In this document: positions 53,045 through 62,935 of the stretch, in pieces | Layout: each line of letters opens with the position of its first letter | Position numbering within the stretch: the stretch's first letter is position 1 | Source of the DNA: an uncultured Chlorobium sp. | Lineage (GTDB): Bacteria; Bacteroidota; Chlorobiia; Chlorobiales; Chlorobiaceae | Reading direction: 5' to 3' | Assembly (NCBI GenBank): GCA_964451845.1 | Contig: CAYVJF010000001.1 | Coordinates: 14,616 to 78,615 of the forward strand | Length of the DNA: 64,000 nucleotides | Made by a program: the position numbers and the translations under genes | Notes under the pieces: model-generated | What the model was told of the DNA's origin: nothing | The model's database searches: none | What the model saw: the letters and a program-made list of their open reading frames with translations, nothing else

Positions 53045-54031
53045 ATGAAAAACCCGTTAAGTATGCAAAATATCCTGGAAGTAAAAAACCTCAAGACCTA
53101 CTACTCGATTGATGAAGAAACAGCCAAAGCCGTCGATGGAGTCAGCTTTTCTCTCAAACGTAACCGCACGCTGGGCATCGTCGGGGAATCCGGTTGCGGA
53201 AAATCGGTCACGGCGCTCTCGATCATGCGGCTTGTTCCCATGCCGCCGGGGTATTTTGCCGGAGGAGAAATTTTCTGGCAGGGGCAGGATCTTCTCAAGC
53301 TTTCCGAGGAACAGATGAGAAAGCTGAGGGGCGATGATATCGCCATGATCTTTCAGGAGCCGATGAGTTCTCTCAATCCCGTCTATACGTGCGGCTACCA
53401 GATTATCGAACAGATTCTGCTGCACCGCCGGATATCGGGAAAAGAAGCGAGAGAGAAGGCGATAGAAATGCTGCGGCTTGTCGGTATCGCGCAGCCGTCC
53501 GAACGGATCGATGCCTACCCGCACGAGCTTTCGGGCGGCATGCGGCAGCGTGTGATGATCGCCATGGCGTTATCGTGCGACCCCGCCCTGCTTATTGCCG
53601 ACGAGCCGACAACAGCGCTCGATGTAACCGTTCAGGCTCAGATACTCGAGCTGATCGGCAAGCTTCAGGGTGATACGGGGATGAGTGTGATCCTGATTAC
53701 GCACGATTTCGGTGTTATCGCCGAGCTGTGTGAGGAGGTGCTGGTGATGTATGCGTCGAAAGTTGTCGAAAGCGGAAGCCTCTCACGGATTTTCGCCAAT
53801 CCGCTTCATCCCTATACCATCGGGCTTCTTCGTTCGATTCCAAGAATCGGCTCGAAAAAGAAACGGCTTTCGGTTATCGAGGGCACCGTTCCGAGCGCCG
53901 CACATCTTCCGCCAGGCTGCCGTTTTGCCAACCGCTGCCCTCTTGCCGACGAGCACTGCAGAGAACATGAGCCGGAACTGCGCGAGTACGAGCGGGATCA
54001 TGCTGCGGCATGCTGGAAAATAGAGGCCTGA
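53045..54031 (+). CDS. Oligopeptide/dipeptide ABC transporter ATP-binding subunit (OppD/DppD-like)
   Basis: [42 protein letters not shown]; start 53045 or 53063. Confidence 0.9.
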   Translation: MKNPLSMQNILEVKNLKTYYSIDEETAKAVDGVSFSLKRNRTLGIVGESGCGKSVTALSIMRLVPMPPGYFAGGEIFWQGQDLLKLSEEQMRKLRGDDIAMIFQEPMSSLNPVYTCGYQIIEQILLHRRISGKEAREKAIEMLRLVGIAQPSERIDAYPHELSGGMRQRVMIAMALSCDPALLIADEPTTALDVTVQAQILELIGKLQGDTGMSVILITHDFGVIAELCEEVLVMYASKVVESGSLSRIFANPLHPYTIGLLRSIPRIGSKKKRLSVIEGTVPSAAHLPPGCRFANRCPLADEHCREHEPELREYERDHAAACWKIEA

Positions 54032-54066
54032 GGGCGCTCTTGAATGCGCCAGGTTGCAGGTGAAAT

Positions 54067-54083
54067 GTAACAGAATCGTAACA
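54067..54083. promoter_or_regulatory. Pho-box-like direct repeat upstream of the phoB-like gene
   Basis: GTAACA at 54067-54072 and 54078-54083 (11-bp period), ~110 nt upstream of the OmpR/PhoB-family gene. Confidence 0.5.
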
Positions 54084-54191
54084 TATATTTACGGTATCAT
54101 CGCTCGGTAGAGTGGCGGAAAAAACGGCATATATCCTATATTTCTCACTTGGTCTCATCGATTCAACCGCTTCCCCCAGGAAGAGTATGCT

Positions 54192-55025
54192 ATGCTGAAC
54201 AAGTCGGAACCGTTGATACTTGTTGTTGAAGATGACCGGAATCTTGCGAGTCTCCTGAAGTATAATCTCGAAAAGGCCAACTACAGTTTTTGTCTGGCCG
54301 AATCGGGAGAAAAGGCGCTGGAGCTGCTCGGTGAAAAAGAAATCGATCTTGTTCTGCTCGATATCATGCTCCCCGGCATCGATGGTTTCGAGGTGTGCAG
54401 GAGAATACGGCAGCATCAGCTCTACAAAGAGCTGCCGATTATTATGCTGACGGCAAAGGGAGAGGAGATTGACAAGGTGCTCGGTTTTGAGCTGGGCATC
54501 GACGACTATGTTGTCAAGCCGTTTAGTCCGCGGGAGTTGAGTCTGAGAATTCGCGCCATTCTCAAGCGAGACCGCCGGAGCAAACAGGATATTCGTGAGG
54601 TAATGAAATGCGACGGCCTCGAGGTGGACATTGCCCGTCACAGCGTGAAACTTGACGGCCAGGTGATAACCCTGACCCTCATGGAGTTCAAGCTGCTTGT
54701 GGTGCTGCTGAAAAGACGGGGGCAGGCCCAGTCCCGGGAAACGCTGCTCAGCGATGTCTGGGATGTTGACAAGACCATCAATACCCGAACAATCGATACG
54801 CATATTACCAGGTTGAGAGAGAAGCTCGGCAATACCGGCAAGCTGATTAAAACCGTCAGAGGGCTTGGCTACAAGCTTGTGGAGAGCAGAGAAAGCGGTG
54901 AGGAGAAAGATGTTTCGTGGCATACCGTGATTTCCTGTTTTTCTCCAAAGAACACACGTCCCGGTGCGTTTCAAACCTTTATGAACACACCTCTCCTCAT
55001 CCTTCCGGCGCTGTGTCACGTTTGA
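54192..55025 (+). CDS. phoB: OmpR/PhoB family response regulator (PhoB-like) with a long C-terminal tail
   Basis: VVEDD, LLDIML, LTAK, DDYVVKPFSPREL; winged helix RTIDTHITRLREKLG..KTVRGLGY. Confidence 0.8.
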   Translation: MLNKSEPLILVVEDDRNLASLLKYNLEKANYSFCLAESGEKALELLGEKEIDLVLLDIMLPGIDGFEVCRRIRQHQLYKELPIIMLTAKGEEIDKVLGFELGIDDYVVKPFSPRELSLRIRAILKRDRRSKQDIREVMKCDGLEVDIARHSVKLDGQVITLTLMEFKLLVVLLKRRGQAQSRETLLSDVWDVDKTINTRTIDTHITRLREKLGNTGKLIKTVRGLGYKLVESRESGEEKDVSWHTVISCFSPKNTRPGAFQTFMNTPLLILPALCHV

Positions 55026-55240
55026 AAAGCCGTATTTCAGCCCTTATCGTGAAAAGCGCGGCAACGTGGCGATTTCTCTTACATTGCAGGAAGAGAATGG
55101 ATTGCCACAGCCTTCGGCCTCTCGAACAGCATGAGCGTCAAAGAGCGGGTAATCAGGCGACAGAGCAAATGGAGAGAGGTATCCATGAAGGGAAATAGCG
55201 GTAAAGGGAGCGCCCTTATGTTGTTATCGCGGAGAGAGAG

Positions 55241-57052
55241 ATGAAGAAATCAGGTGTTTCGTTTCGGTTCGGGCTGGTTTTTGGGGTCATTATTTTTTTT
55301 ACGGTTGCCATTAACTACTTCTCTTTTGGCGGTCAGCTCCGGCTGCTTTTTTACAATGCCCTGAAAAACCAGTTATACAGTGAGCTGCAGCTCAACCGCA
55401 GTTTTCTCGAGCGCAGGCCGGAGCTTTTGCGTGACAGCAAGGTGGCCGACCAGTGGGCCGATGATGTCGGCGCTGCGCTGGGGCTGCATGTCACGCTCAT
55501 TTCGATTGACGGGCAGGTGATCGGCGACTCCTACATCGCCGCAGAGCGTTTGCCGTTCACGGAAAATTATTTGCAGCGCCCGGAAATCGAGGAAGCGCTT
55601 CTCGATGGCCGGGGAGAGAGCGCCCGCGCGAGTGACACGATCGAGGAGACGGTGCTCTATATCGCAGTGCCGGTCGGCGTCACAAAGCCGCTTGCGGTGC
55701 TGCGTTTTGCAAAACCTCTGCATGCGATGAGGCTGCTCGAGAGCGAGCTGCATAAAGGTCTTGAAGGCGCATTGTTCTGGTCTCTTTTTCTTTCCCTCGT
55801 TTTCGGGGTGTTGGCGGCGGTTTTTCTGTTCAGGCCGCTGCGCCGTATCGTTGAAGCCGCCAATCGTGTTGTGCATGGGGATTTTTCACAGAAGCTTCGT
55901 GTCGATCATGATGACGAAATAGGTCAGCTCTCTCGTTCCGTTAACTTCCTGGCTGATGAAATGAAACGGATGAACCAGCAGGAGGAGTGGTTCAAGGAGA
56001 TTTTTTCAAGTATCCGCGAGGCGATTATCGTGACGGATTCCAAAGGGAGTATCATGCTGGAAAACCCTGCGGCATGCAGGCTGTTCAATCTCGATTGCGG
56101 CCCGATGATAAAAACCGGCGGCGGGCACAAGGCGACCGATACTCGATTGCTCGATTTGTTCGATCGGCTGAAAAAGTTCGGTTATCCGGTTGAAAAAGAG
56201 GAAATAACCGTGATGACTTCTCGCGGAGAAAGGGTTTTGCAGGTCAGCGCGATGCCTGTTATGAACGAGAAGCAGTCTCAGGGAACGGTCTATGTTATGA
56301 ACGATATTACGAAGCTGCGTAATCTCGAGCGTGTCAGAAGGGATTTTGTCGCAAGCGTTTCCCACGAGCTTCGGACTCCGCTCACCAGCATATCGGGCTA
56401 TACCGAAACGCTTCTTGATGGAGCTGTGAATGAACCGGAAACCGCACAACATTTTCTGCGGATCATCTTGCAGGAAACCGAGCAGCTGACGGCGCTTATC
56501 AACGATGTGCTCGATCTTTCGAAAATCGAGTCCGGCAGGATAGACTATACGTTCAAGCCTGTACAGATAGGCGAAATCGTTGATAAAACGATACATCTCT
56601 TCGAAAGTGTGATCAGGAAAAGAGGAATCGCCGTCCGGTTGCAAATACCGCAGAATCTTCCGTATGTTAGCGCTGACAGGGATTATCTCGAACTTGTTGT
56701 TCGAAACCTGGTCGATAATGCAATAAAGTATATGCCTGACTCGAATGGAAAGATATGGATCGGCGCTTCGAGAGTCGGTGATATGGTCAAGGTGGAGGTG
56801 AGGGATAACGGAATCGGTATTCCCCGGGAATATCTCGGCAGGATTTTCGAACGGTTTTACCGGGTCGACAAAGCACGGTCGAGAGCTATCGGCGGAACCG
56901 GTCTCGGGTTATCGATTGTCAAGCACATTATCCTTGCACACAAGGGCAAGGTCGAGGTGCATTCCAGGCTGAATCTCGGCTCGCAGTTCAGTTTTACCGT
57001 ACCGATAGCCCGGAGAAATGAAACGCATGCAGCCGGTGCAGAGACAAGCTGA
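55241..57052 (+). CDS. phoR: Sensor histidine kinase, HAMP-PAS-HisKA-HATPase (PhoR-like)
   Basis: Two TM helices, HAMP, PAS, RRDFVASVSHELRTPLT, NLVDNA, FYRVDKARSR..GGTGLGL. Confidence 0.8.
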   Translation: MKKSGVSFRFGLVFGVIIFFTVAINYFSFGGQLRLLFYNALKNQLYSELQLNRSFLERRPELLRDSKVADQWADDVGAALGLHVTLISIDGQVIGDSYIAAERLPFTENYLQRPEIEEALLDGRGESARASDTIEETVLYIAVPVGVTKPLAVLRFAKPLHAMRLLESELHKGLEGALFWSLFLSLVFGVLAAVFLFRPLRRIVEAANRVVHGDFSQKLRVDHDDEIGQLSRSVNFLADEMKRMNQQEEWFKEIFSSIREAIIVTDSKGSIMLENPAACRLFNLDCGPMIKTGGGHKATDTRLLDLFDRLKKFGYPVEKEEITVMTSRGERVLQVSAMPVMNEKQSQGTVYVMNDITKLRNLERVRRDFVASVSHELRTPLTSISGYTETLLDGAVNEPETAQHFLRIILQETEQLTALINDVLDLSKIESGRIDYTFKPVQIGEIVDKTIHLFESVIRKRGIAVRLQIPQNLPYVSADRDYLELVVRNLVDNAIKYMPDSNGKIWIGASRVGDMVKVEVRDNGIGIPREYLGRIFERFYRVDKARSRAIGGTGLGLSIVKHIILAHKGKVEVHSRLNLGSQFSFTVPIARRNETHAAGAETS

Positions 57053-57156
57053 TCCGGGACGGGGTCGGCAGCCCGCGTATCGACACTTTGGTCGCTTTCG
57101 ATTGAGGCACAGATGAAGAAAGCTCGCGGCACTCCGGTTAACAAAACTTCAGCGCT

Positions 57157-58431
57157 ATGATAGAATCGGCACTTTCCTTTATACAGCTATACGGATTCAG
57201 TGAAACGGAAGCACAAGCGCTCGTCACGGTCGGGATGGTTTTTCTCACCCTTGCGTTTGTTTTTGCAGTGAATCTGGTGAGCAAAAGAATAGTTCTGCGC
57301 TCTGTTGTGGCATTTGCTGCAAAGACAAACACACAATATGACGATCTGCTTGTCAGGCACAAGGTGTTCGAGCGGCTCGCCCACCTGATTCCGGCAATTC
57401 TGCTGTATAATCTGGTTGTTCCTGTTCTGCAGTTTTATCCTTCGAGCATCCCGGTTGTTCAGTCCGCCGTTCTGCTCTACCTCACGGTTATTATCGTCCT
57501 GGTGATACTGAGTTTGCTGGAGGCTATTCTTGAAAATTACAGCGAGAGTGATCTGGCCGGAAAGCTGCCGCTGAAGAGCTTTGTTCAGGTTACAAAAATT
57601 GTGGTGATTTTGGTCGGGGCGGTCATTGTTATCTCGAACCTGCTCGGGAAATCACCGGTCGTGTTTTTCAGCGGAATCGGTGCGTTTACCGCAGTGATTA
57701 TTCTTGTCTTCAAGGATTCGATTCTCGGCTTTGTCGCCGGTATTCAGCTCTCCGCGAACAATCTTGTCAAGGTCGGTGACTGGATCGAGATGCCGAAATA
57801 CGGCGTCGATGGGGATGTCATCGATATTTCCCTGGTAACGGTATCGGTACAGAACTGGGACAAGACTATCAGCACCATTCCGGCCTACGCATTGATTGCG
57901 GAAGGGTTCAAGAACTGGCGGGGAATGAGTGAGTCGGGAGGGCGCAGGATCAAGCGATCGGTTAATATCGATATGAACAGCGTCCGGTTCTGCGATGAAA
58001 AGATGCTCAAGTCGTTCAATACCGTCCAGTTGTTGCAGGACTATCTCGGCAGTAAAAAAGCTGAGATCAGCGAATACAATGAGCGCCAAAGAATTGATGT
58101 TTCTTCCGGCATTAATGGCCGCCGACTGACCAATCTCGGCACCTTTCGCGCCTACCTTGTTTCCTATCTTCGCAATCACCCGAAAATCAATTCAAGCATG
58201 ACCTTTCTGATACGGCACCTCCAGCCGACCGATAAAGGGATTCCTGTGGAGATTTATGTTTTCTGCAATGACCAGGCCTGGGAGAATTACGAGGCGATAC
58301 AGGCAGATATCATGGATCATGTTCTGGCGGTCTTGCCGTTTTTCGGGCTGAAGGTGTTCCAGGCTCCGGCAGGCGGGGACATTATCAGGTTGGGTGGAGC
58401 CTTGCAGCAAGCGCTTCAAAGAAATGAATAG
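57157..58431 (+). CDS. Mechanosensitive channel, MscS family (YbdG/MscM-like)
   Basis: FKDSILGFVAGIQL, GDWIEMP, VQNWDKT, FKNWRGM.ESGGRRIKR, TNLG.FRAY. Confidence 0.88.
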   Translation: MIESALSFIQLYGFSETEAQALVTVGMVFLTLAFVFAVNLVSKRIVLRSVVAFAAKTNTQYDDLLVRHKVFERLAHLIPAILLYNLVVPVLQFYPSSIPVVQSAVLLYLTVIIVLVILSLLEAILENYSESDLAGKLPLKSFVQVTKIVVILVGAVIVISNLLGKSPVVFFSGIGAFTAVIILVFKDSILGFVAGIQLSANNLVKVGDWIEMPKYGVDGDVIDISLVTVSVQNWDKTISTIPAYALIAEGFKNWRGMSESGGRRIKRSVNIDMNSVRFCDEKMLKSFNTVQLLQDYLGSKKAEISEYNERQRIDVSSGINGRRLTNLGTFRAYLVSYLRNHPKINSSMTFLIRHLQPTDKGIPVEIYVFCNDQAWENYEAIQADIMDHVLAVLPFFGLKVFQAPAGGDIIRLGGALQQALQRNE

Positions 58432-58463
58432 CGCTACGAGGTGTGCCCCGGAGAGAGATTCCC

Positions 58464-58961
58464 TTAAGCGAGAGTCATGGCGTCTTCAATGACCTTTTGA
58501 TGGAGGGGAATAGTGATTCGGGGAATATCGGAGTGCGCGAAAAATCCCGCTTCATACAGCTCATGGTTGATTTGCACGATATCCTCTTCGACCAAAACCT
58601 TGTAGGCAACAACAATCAGAGAGCCGTACATTTTTGATGCACGATGGTAGGCTCCGATGAGGCTCTCGATTTTTCCTTTCAGCGCGGTTTCTTCCTCCAG
58701 CTCACGAAGGCAGCCTTCCTGGGGCGTTTCGCCGGACTCCAGAAATCCGCCGGGTAAAGCCCATTCATTATATGCCGGATAATGCGCTCTTCTGACAACG
58801 AGAAGTTCGCCGGAACGGTTTTGCGTATAGGCCAGAGCAACCGGCAGGGGATTTTCATAATGTATCCATGAGCACGAGGGGCACGTTTTTCTGGTTCTTT
58901 TTTCTATTTCGGCAGTTTTCAGCGGAGTACCGCAGAGAGGGCAGTAGGTATAGGTCTTCAT
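58464..58961 (-). CDS. NUDIX hydrolase with N-terminal zinc ribbon
   Basis: YCPLCG, CPSC, ENP, WALPGGFLESGETPQEGCLRELEEET (Nudix box). Confidence 0.9.
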   Translation of the reverse strand: MKTYTYCPLCGTPLKTAEIEKRTRKTCPSCSWIHYENPLPVALAYTQNRSGELLVVRRAHYPAYNEWALPGGFLESGETPQEGCLRELEEETALKGKIESLIGAYHRASKMYGSLIVVAYKVLVEEDIVQINHELYEAGFFAHSDIPRITIPLHQKVIEDAMTLA

Positions 58962-59202
58962 CGTGTGCTGCGTTGATAACATTTTTTACTGGAGCGAGGA
59001 AGAGTGAATGTAAAGGAGGGGTTTCTGTTCATGGTTCGCTCCTCTGTTCAGGCCGTGAAACAATGAAACTTTTTGTCGGGACAATTAATTCACTTAAGTT
59101 GATTGAAGCACGTCGGTTCATATCGGGCAACCGTATTGTATAAAAACATTCAGGGTTTACAAGGCTCTTCTTTCGGAAAAAGAAAAAAATAAAGCGTTTT
59201 TT

Positions 59203-59673
<471 letters not shown>

Positions 59674-59676
59674 ACC

Positions 59677-60240
59677 ATGGTAAACGAGTTTGATCAGCTG
59701 ACAATCGGCGGGCTTATTATGGCTTCTGCAGGAATGCTCGAGTCGAGCTTCAAGCGGACGGTCTTGCTGATGTGTGAGCATAATGAAGACGGTTCGCTGG
59801 GATTTATTCTGAACCGCCCTATGGAAATAAAAGTAAGCGACGCCATCGAGGGGTTTGAAGAAATCGATATCCCGCTGCATATGGGCGGGCCGGTTCAGGT
59901 CGATACGATTCATTTTCTGCATACCAGAGGCGATGTGATCGATGGCTCCCATGAGGTTATTCCGGGAGTTTTCTGGGGAGGAGAGCAGGAACAGCTCGGT
60001 TATCTTATTGCGTCCGGGGTGGTGAGCCCTGCAGAGGTTCGTTTTTATCTCGGTTATGCCGGATGGGCATCGGAGCAACTCGAGGCGGAGTTCGAAGAGG
60101 GCGCCTGGTATACCACTGAAGCTTCCAAGGCAATTATTTTCAGCGACGAGTATGAGCGGATGTGGGCACGGACTGTCCGCTCAAAGGGAGGAGAGTATTA
60201 TTTCGCCGCTAATTCCCCTGAATTGCCCGGCATGAACTGA
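59677..60240 (+). CDS. YqgE/AlgH family protein
   Basis: FKRTVLLMCEH, GFILNRP, GGPV, YLGYAGW...QL..E...GAW. Confidence 0.9.
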   Translation: MVNEFDQLTIGGLIMASAGMLESSFKRTVLLMCEHNEDGSLGFILNRPMEIKVSDAIEGFEEIDIPLHMGGPVQVDTIHFLHTRGDVIDGSHEVIPGVFWGGEQEQLGYLIASGVVSPAEVRFYLGYAGWASEQLEAEFEEGAWYTTEASKAIIFSDEYERMWARTVRSKGGEYYFAANSPELPGMN

Positions 60241-60410
60241 GCGATCGTCTTCCAGGAAAAAGTGTTTTAGTGGCAGCTTCCCCCGTTACCCAGTCGTTCA
60301 GTCAGCAGCAAATTTCTTACCATGAAACGTTGTGGCCGGTATCCCGGTTGTAACTATGGCGCTGAAAAACTATACTTCGTGTTTTTCAAGCATTGTTCTT
60401 TGTCATTGTC

Positions 60411-60810
60411 GGGGATGACAGGCTTTTGACAGGATAGGTGTGCGATCCAGTTGCACTCCGAGTTTCAGCATGGATGGACTCGTTAAAGAAGTCTATGTGA
60501 CAAATAGATGCAGACGATTATTCGTATGCAATGGCTGCTTAATTAGCAAAAGTTAATTTAATCGGCCATCGTTCGATGAAGGATGCGCTTACTCTGAAAC
60601 CATCGAATGGCATAACCCGCGCTTGAGCCATTGCTCGCGCAAGTAAGCTTCATTCGCTTGTTTTCCGGAAAAGCGGATGAATAACGCTCCGGAATAGTGT
60701 TCCGAACTTTGTCGGTGAAGTCGTGGAACATGAACGTTAAACATCGAAGATGAGTGTGGTGGCTGTTTCAAGCAATGTTCTGGACGCGGGTTCGATTCCC
60801 GCCATCTCCA
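60411..60810 (+). ncRNA. ssrA: tmRNA; tag peptide ADDYSYAMAA encoded at 60510-60542
   Basis: 5' GGGGATG pairs with 3' CATCTCC; T-arm GCGGGTTCGATTCCCGC; tag frame GCA GAC GAT TAT TCG TAT GCA ATG GCT GCT TAA. Confidence 0.95.
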
Positions 60811-60845
60811 CAAGTAAGCGGTCTTATGAAATCCGCAAATGTCCG

Positions 60846-60880
60846 AAAACCCCTGAGGAATCAGGGGTTTTTCTGTTTTT
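60846..60880 (+). terminator. Intrinsic terminator after ssrA (potentially bidirectional)
   Basis: AAAACCCCTGA-GGAA-TCAGGGGTTTT followed by T-rich sequence. Confidence 0.7.
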
Positions 60881-60924
60881 ATCGGCCTTGTATTGTCCGG
60901 CGAAGTTTTTTGTGCAGCAAGAAG

Positions 60925-60965
60925 AAAAGCGCAAAAGAAGATGGCAGTCCTTCCTTTTGCGCTTT
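60925..60965 (-). terminator. Intrinsic terminator closing the sqr/small-ORF transcript
   Basis: Minus strand AAAGCGCAAAAGGAAG...CTTCTTTTGCGCTTT followed by TCTTCTT, ~33 nt after the small ORF stop. Confidence 0.65.
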
Positions 60966-60998
60966 CAAGTTGCAACAGTGTATCGATTGCTCTCTCGA

Positions 60999-61115
60999 TC
61001 AGGCTCTCTTGCTGTGATCGACCGCTTTGAGAATCTTGACATTCAGTACAATGAACCGCCAGAACTGGTAGAGCTTGTTCTTCATCAGGAATCTATCGAA
61101 CTTTGAAGGTCTCAT
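60999..61115 (-). CDS. 38-aa small protein downstream of sqr (MRPSKFDRFLMKNKLYQFWRFIVLNVKILKAVDHSKRA)
   Basis: ATG 61115 to TGA 61001-60999; 37 nt after the sqr stop and followed by a terminator; basic/aromatic amphipathic helix pattern. Confidence 0.65.
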   Translation of the reverse strand: MRPSKFDRFLMKNKLYQFWRFIVLNVKILKAVDHSKRA

Positions 61116-61152
61116 AATGAGTCTCGGGTTTAACGTGTTTTAAAAATCTTCA

Positions 61153-62586
61153 TTATTCGGGAATAATCTGCCAGCCGATGCGTCCCCTGAACTTGTGCAT
61201 GAAGGTTGTCTCGACCATCTGCTTCAGCCATGCGCCTGACAAACCGCGTTCGACCCGGGTGACAAACAGGTCGCGCCCTTCCTTGTTGTCGTAGCGGGTG
61301 TGATCCGGCACGACCGGGTAGATAATCATGACAATGGCCGAACCGCTCCAGAGCGATTTACCGTTCGATGCAATACAGACAGCCAGCATTTCCGACATGC
61401 GCTCGCGGTGGGTCATGCGCCCGGTTTTCACCAGATCGATGATATTCAGTGCTACGACCCTGCCGATAACACCGGAAATCATTCCCGTTCTCGGAGCGCC
61501 CGGAACAATGGTCGTGCCGTTTTTCGTGGTATGCGGAACAGAAATCGGGCCCGGAGGCGCGAATGCGATACCTGCGGAAAAAATGTTCTTGTAAAGAGGA
61601 TTCTGATAGTTTGCCGGCCATGCGTCAGGAGTTTTTACCAGCTCGTCATAACTCAGTCCGTAAATACCGTCTGCAAGAACAAAGCCTCCGGGGTTGGTGA
61701 CTTTGGCGGAAATATCCTCGCCGTTCTTGTCGTAGAACGGGAAGGTAACACCTCGTGACTGCGGGATAAGCATCGCGAAATCATACTCGTCCTCCCCGAA
61801 ATTTCCCTCGAAGTTCTCCCAATAGATTTTTTTCTCGTCGACCTCTTTGACGCCGCGCCGAACCGACTTCTCGAGGCCGAACTCATCCATGGTAGCCTCG
61901 ATCATGTCGGCTCCGCGTGCAATTCTGCCGCCTCGCTTCACGACATTAATGCCCCCGACACCGAAGTCGCCGATTGCCGGTTCATTGGTCAGGTAAGCAA
62001 GTTCCGCCTTGTTTCTGATACCGCGTCGCGTCAGATCGTGGTGTATATTGGTGATATACTCGAACGCCGCACCCTGGCAGGCGGCCATCGGGTGACCCGT
62101 GCCGATAACCATGCGCTGCTTTTCTCCGCGTTTCATTCGTTCGACCGACTCGAGATAGGCATCGCGAGCCTTGATGGCCGTGTCGTAATGGCAGATCGAT
62201 TCAGTGTTTTTGTCAGGCCCGAGCCCGGGAGTAGCCGGATAGTTCATATGAGCGCCGGTCGCAACGATAAGGTAGTCATACGCAACATTGGTTTCGCCGC
62301 CTCCGTTCGCCTGATCGACCACCACATAATTTTCATCGGGATGAACCGAGGTTACCTTGCCCTGGACAAAGTTCACCCTGAACCTGTCGTAAATCGGTTT
62401 GAGCTTGAATGTGGTTTCTTCCGGTTTCACCGCATCGATGCCCACCCATACCCAGGACGGCACGAAGCCGAAATAATCGAACTTGTGTATGACCGTTATC
62501 TCATGCTCTTTTCCTATGGCGTCTCCCAGGTACATCGCCGCAGTATGCCCTGCGAACCCGGCGCCAATGATCGCAACCTTTGCCAT
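61153..62586 (-). CDS. sqr: Sulfide:quinone oxidoreductase, type IV (SqrD/SqrX-like)
   Basis: GAGFAG Rossmann fold, [39 protein letters not shown]-terminal WQIIPE, as in Chlorobi SqrD-type enzymes. Confidence 0.88.
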   Translation of the reverse strand: MAKVAIIGAGFAGHTAAMYLGDAIGKEHEITVIHKFDYFGFVPSWVWVGIDAVKPEETTFKLKPIYDRFRVNFVQGKVTSVHPDENYVVVDQANGGGETNVAYDYLIVATGAHMNYPATPGLGPDKNTESICHYDTAIKARDAYLESVERMKRGEKQRMVIGTGHPMAACQGAAFEYITNIHHDLTRRGIRNKAELAYLTNEPAIGDFGVGGINVVKRGGRIARGADMIEATMDEFGLEKSVRRGVKEVDEKKIYWENFEGNFGEDEYDFAMLIPQSRGVTFPFYDKNGEDISAKVTNPGGFVLADGIYGLSYDELVKTPDAWPANYQNPLYKNIFSAGIAFAPPGPISVPHTTKNGTTIVPGAPRTGMISGVIGRVVALNIIDLVKTGRMTHRERMSEMLAVCIASNGKSLWSGSAIVMIIYPVVPDHTRYDNKEGRDLFVTRVERGLSGAWLKQMVETTFMHKFRGRIGWQIIPE

Positions 62587-62749
62587 TGCCTGTTGTCTCC
62601 GTTATTCTCGTTAGAACGCACCGGCGGCGAAAGTTATCCTTTCGCTTTCCGATTCCGCCCTTTACCGGTGCGCTGTAGTATAAATAAATTCCGTTGCTCT
62701 GTGTGAAAGAAGATAGAAAAGATAGAAAATAAAGCTCTCCGTCGCAAGC

Positions 62750-62915
62750 AGTAGGGTATTGGCTTCTCTTGTTGAAAAGTGGAAGGAATTTTTGTTTCTG
62801 AACGAAGAAATCAGCTCAACACCGCGAGACCTTTTCGCCCCGTTTCCACTCGCGGCCATCCGGGGCTCCGGCGGGAGTTCCCGGTACAAAGGATCAGAAT
62901 CGATTGTGACGACAT
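62750..62915 (-). pseudogene. arsC: Decayed arsenate reductase ArsC (LMW-PTP family) 5' fragment
   Basis: ATG 62915, 20 nt after the permease stop: MSSQSILILCTGNSRRS (canonical LxLCTGNSCRSQMAE), followed by a frameshift before ATG GCC and an early stop at 62813-62811. Confidence 0.7.
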
Positions 62916-62935
62916 GATAAGATGGATGTTAACGG

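Noticed and set aside
60750-61106. Plus-strand ORFs of 118 and 87 aa overlapping the tmRNA 3' end
   Set aside because: They overlap ssrA and its terminator; the minus-strand 38-aa frame fits the local operon and terminator layout better.
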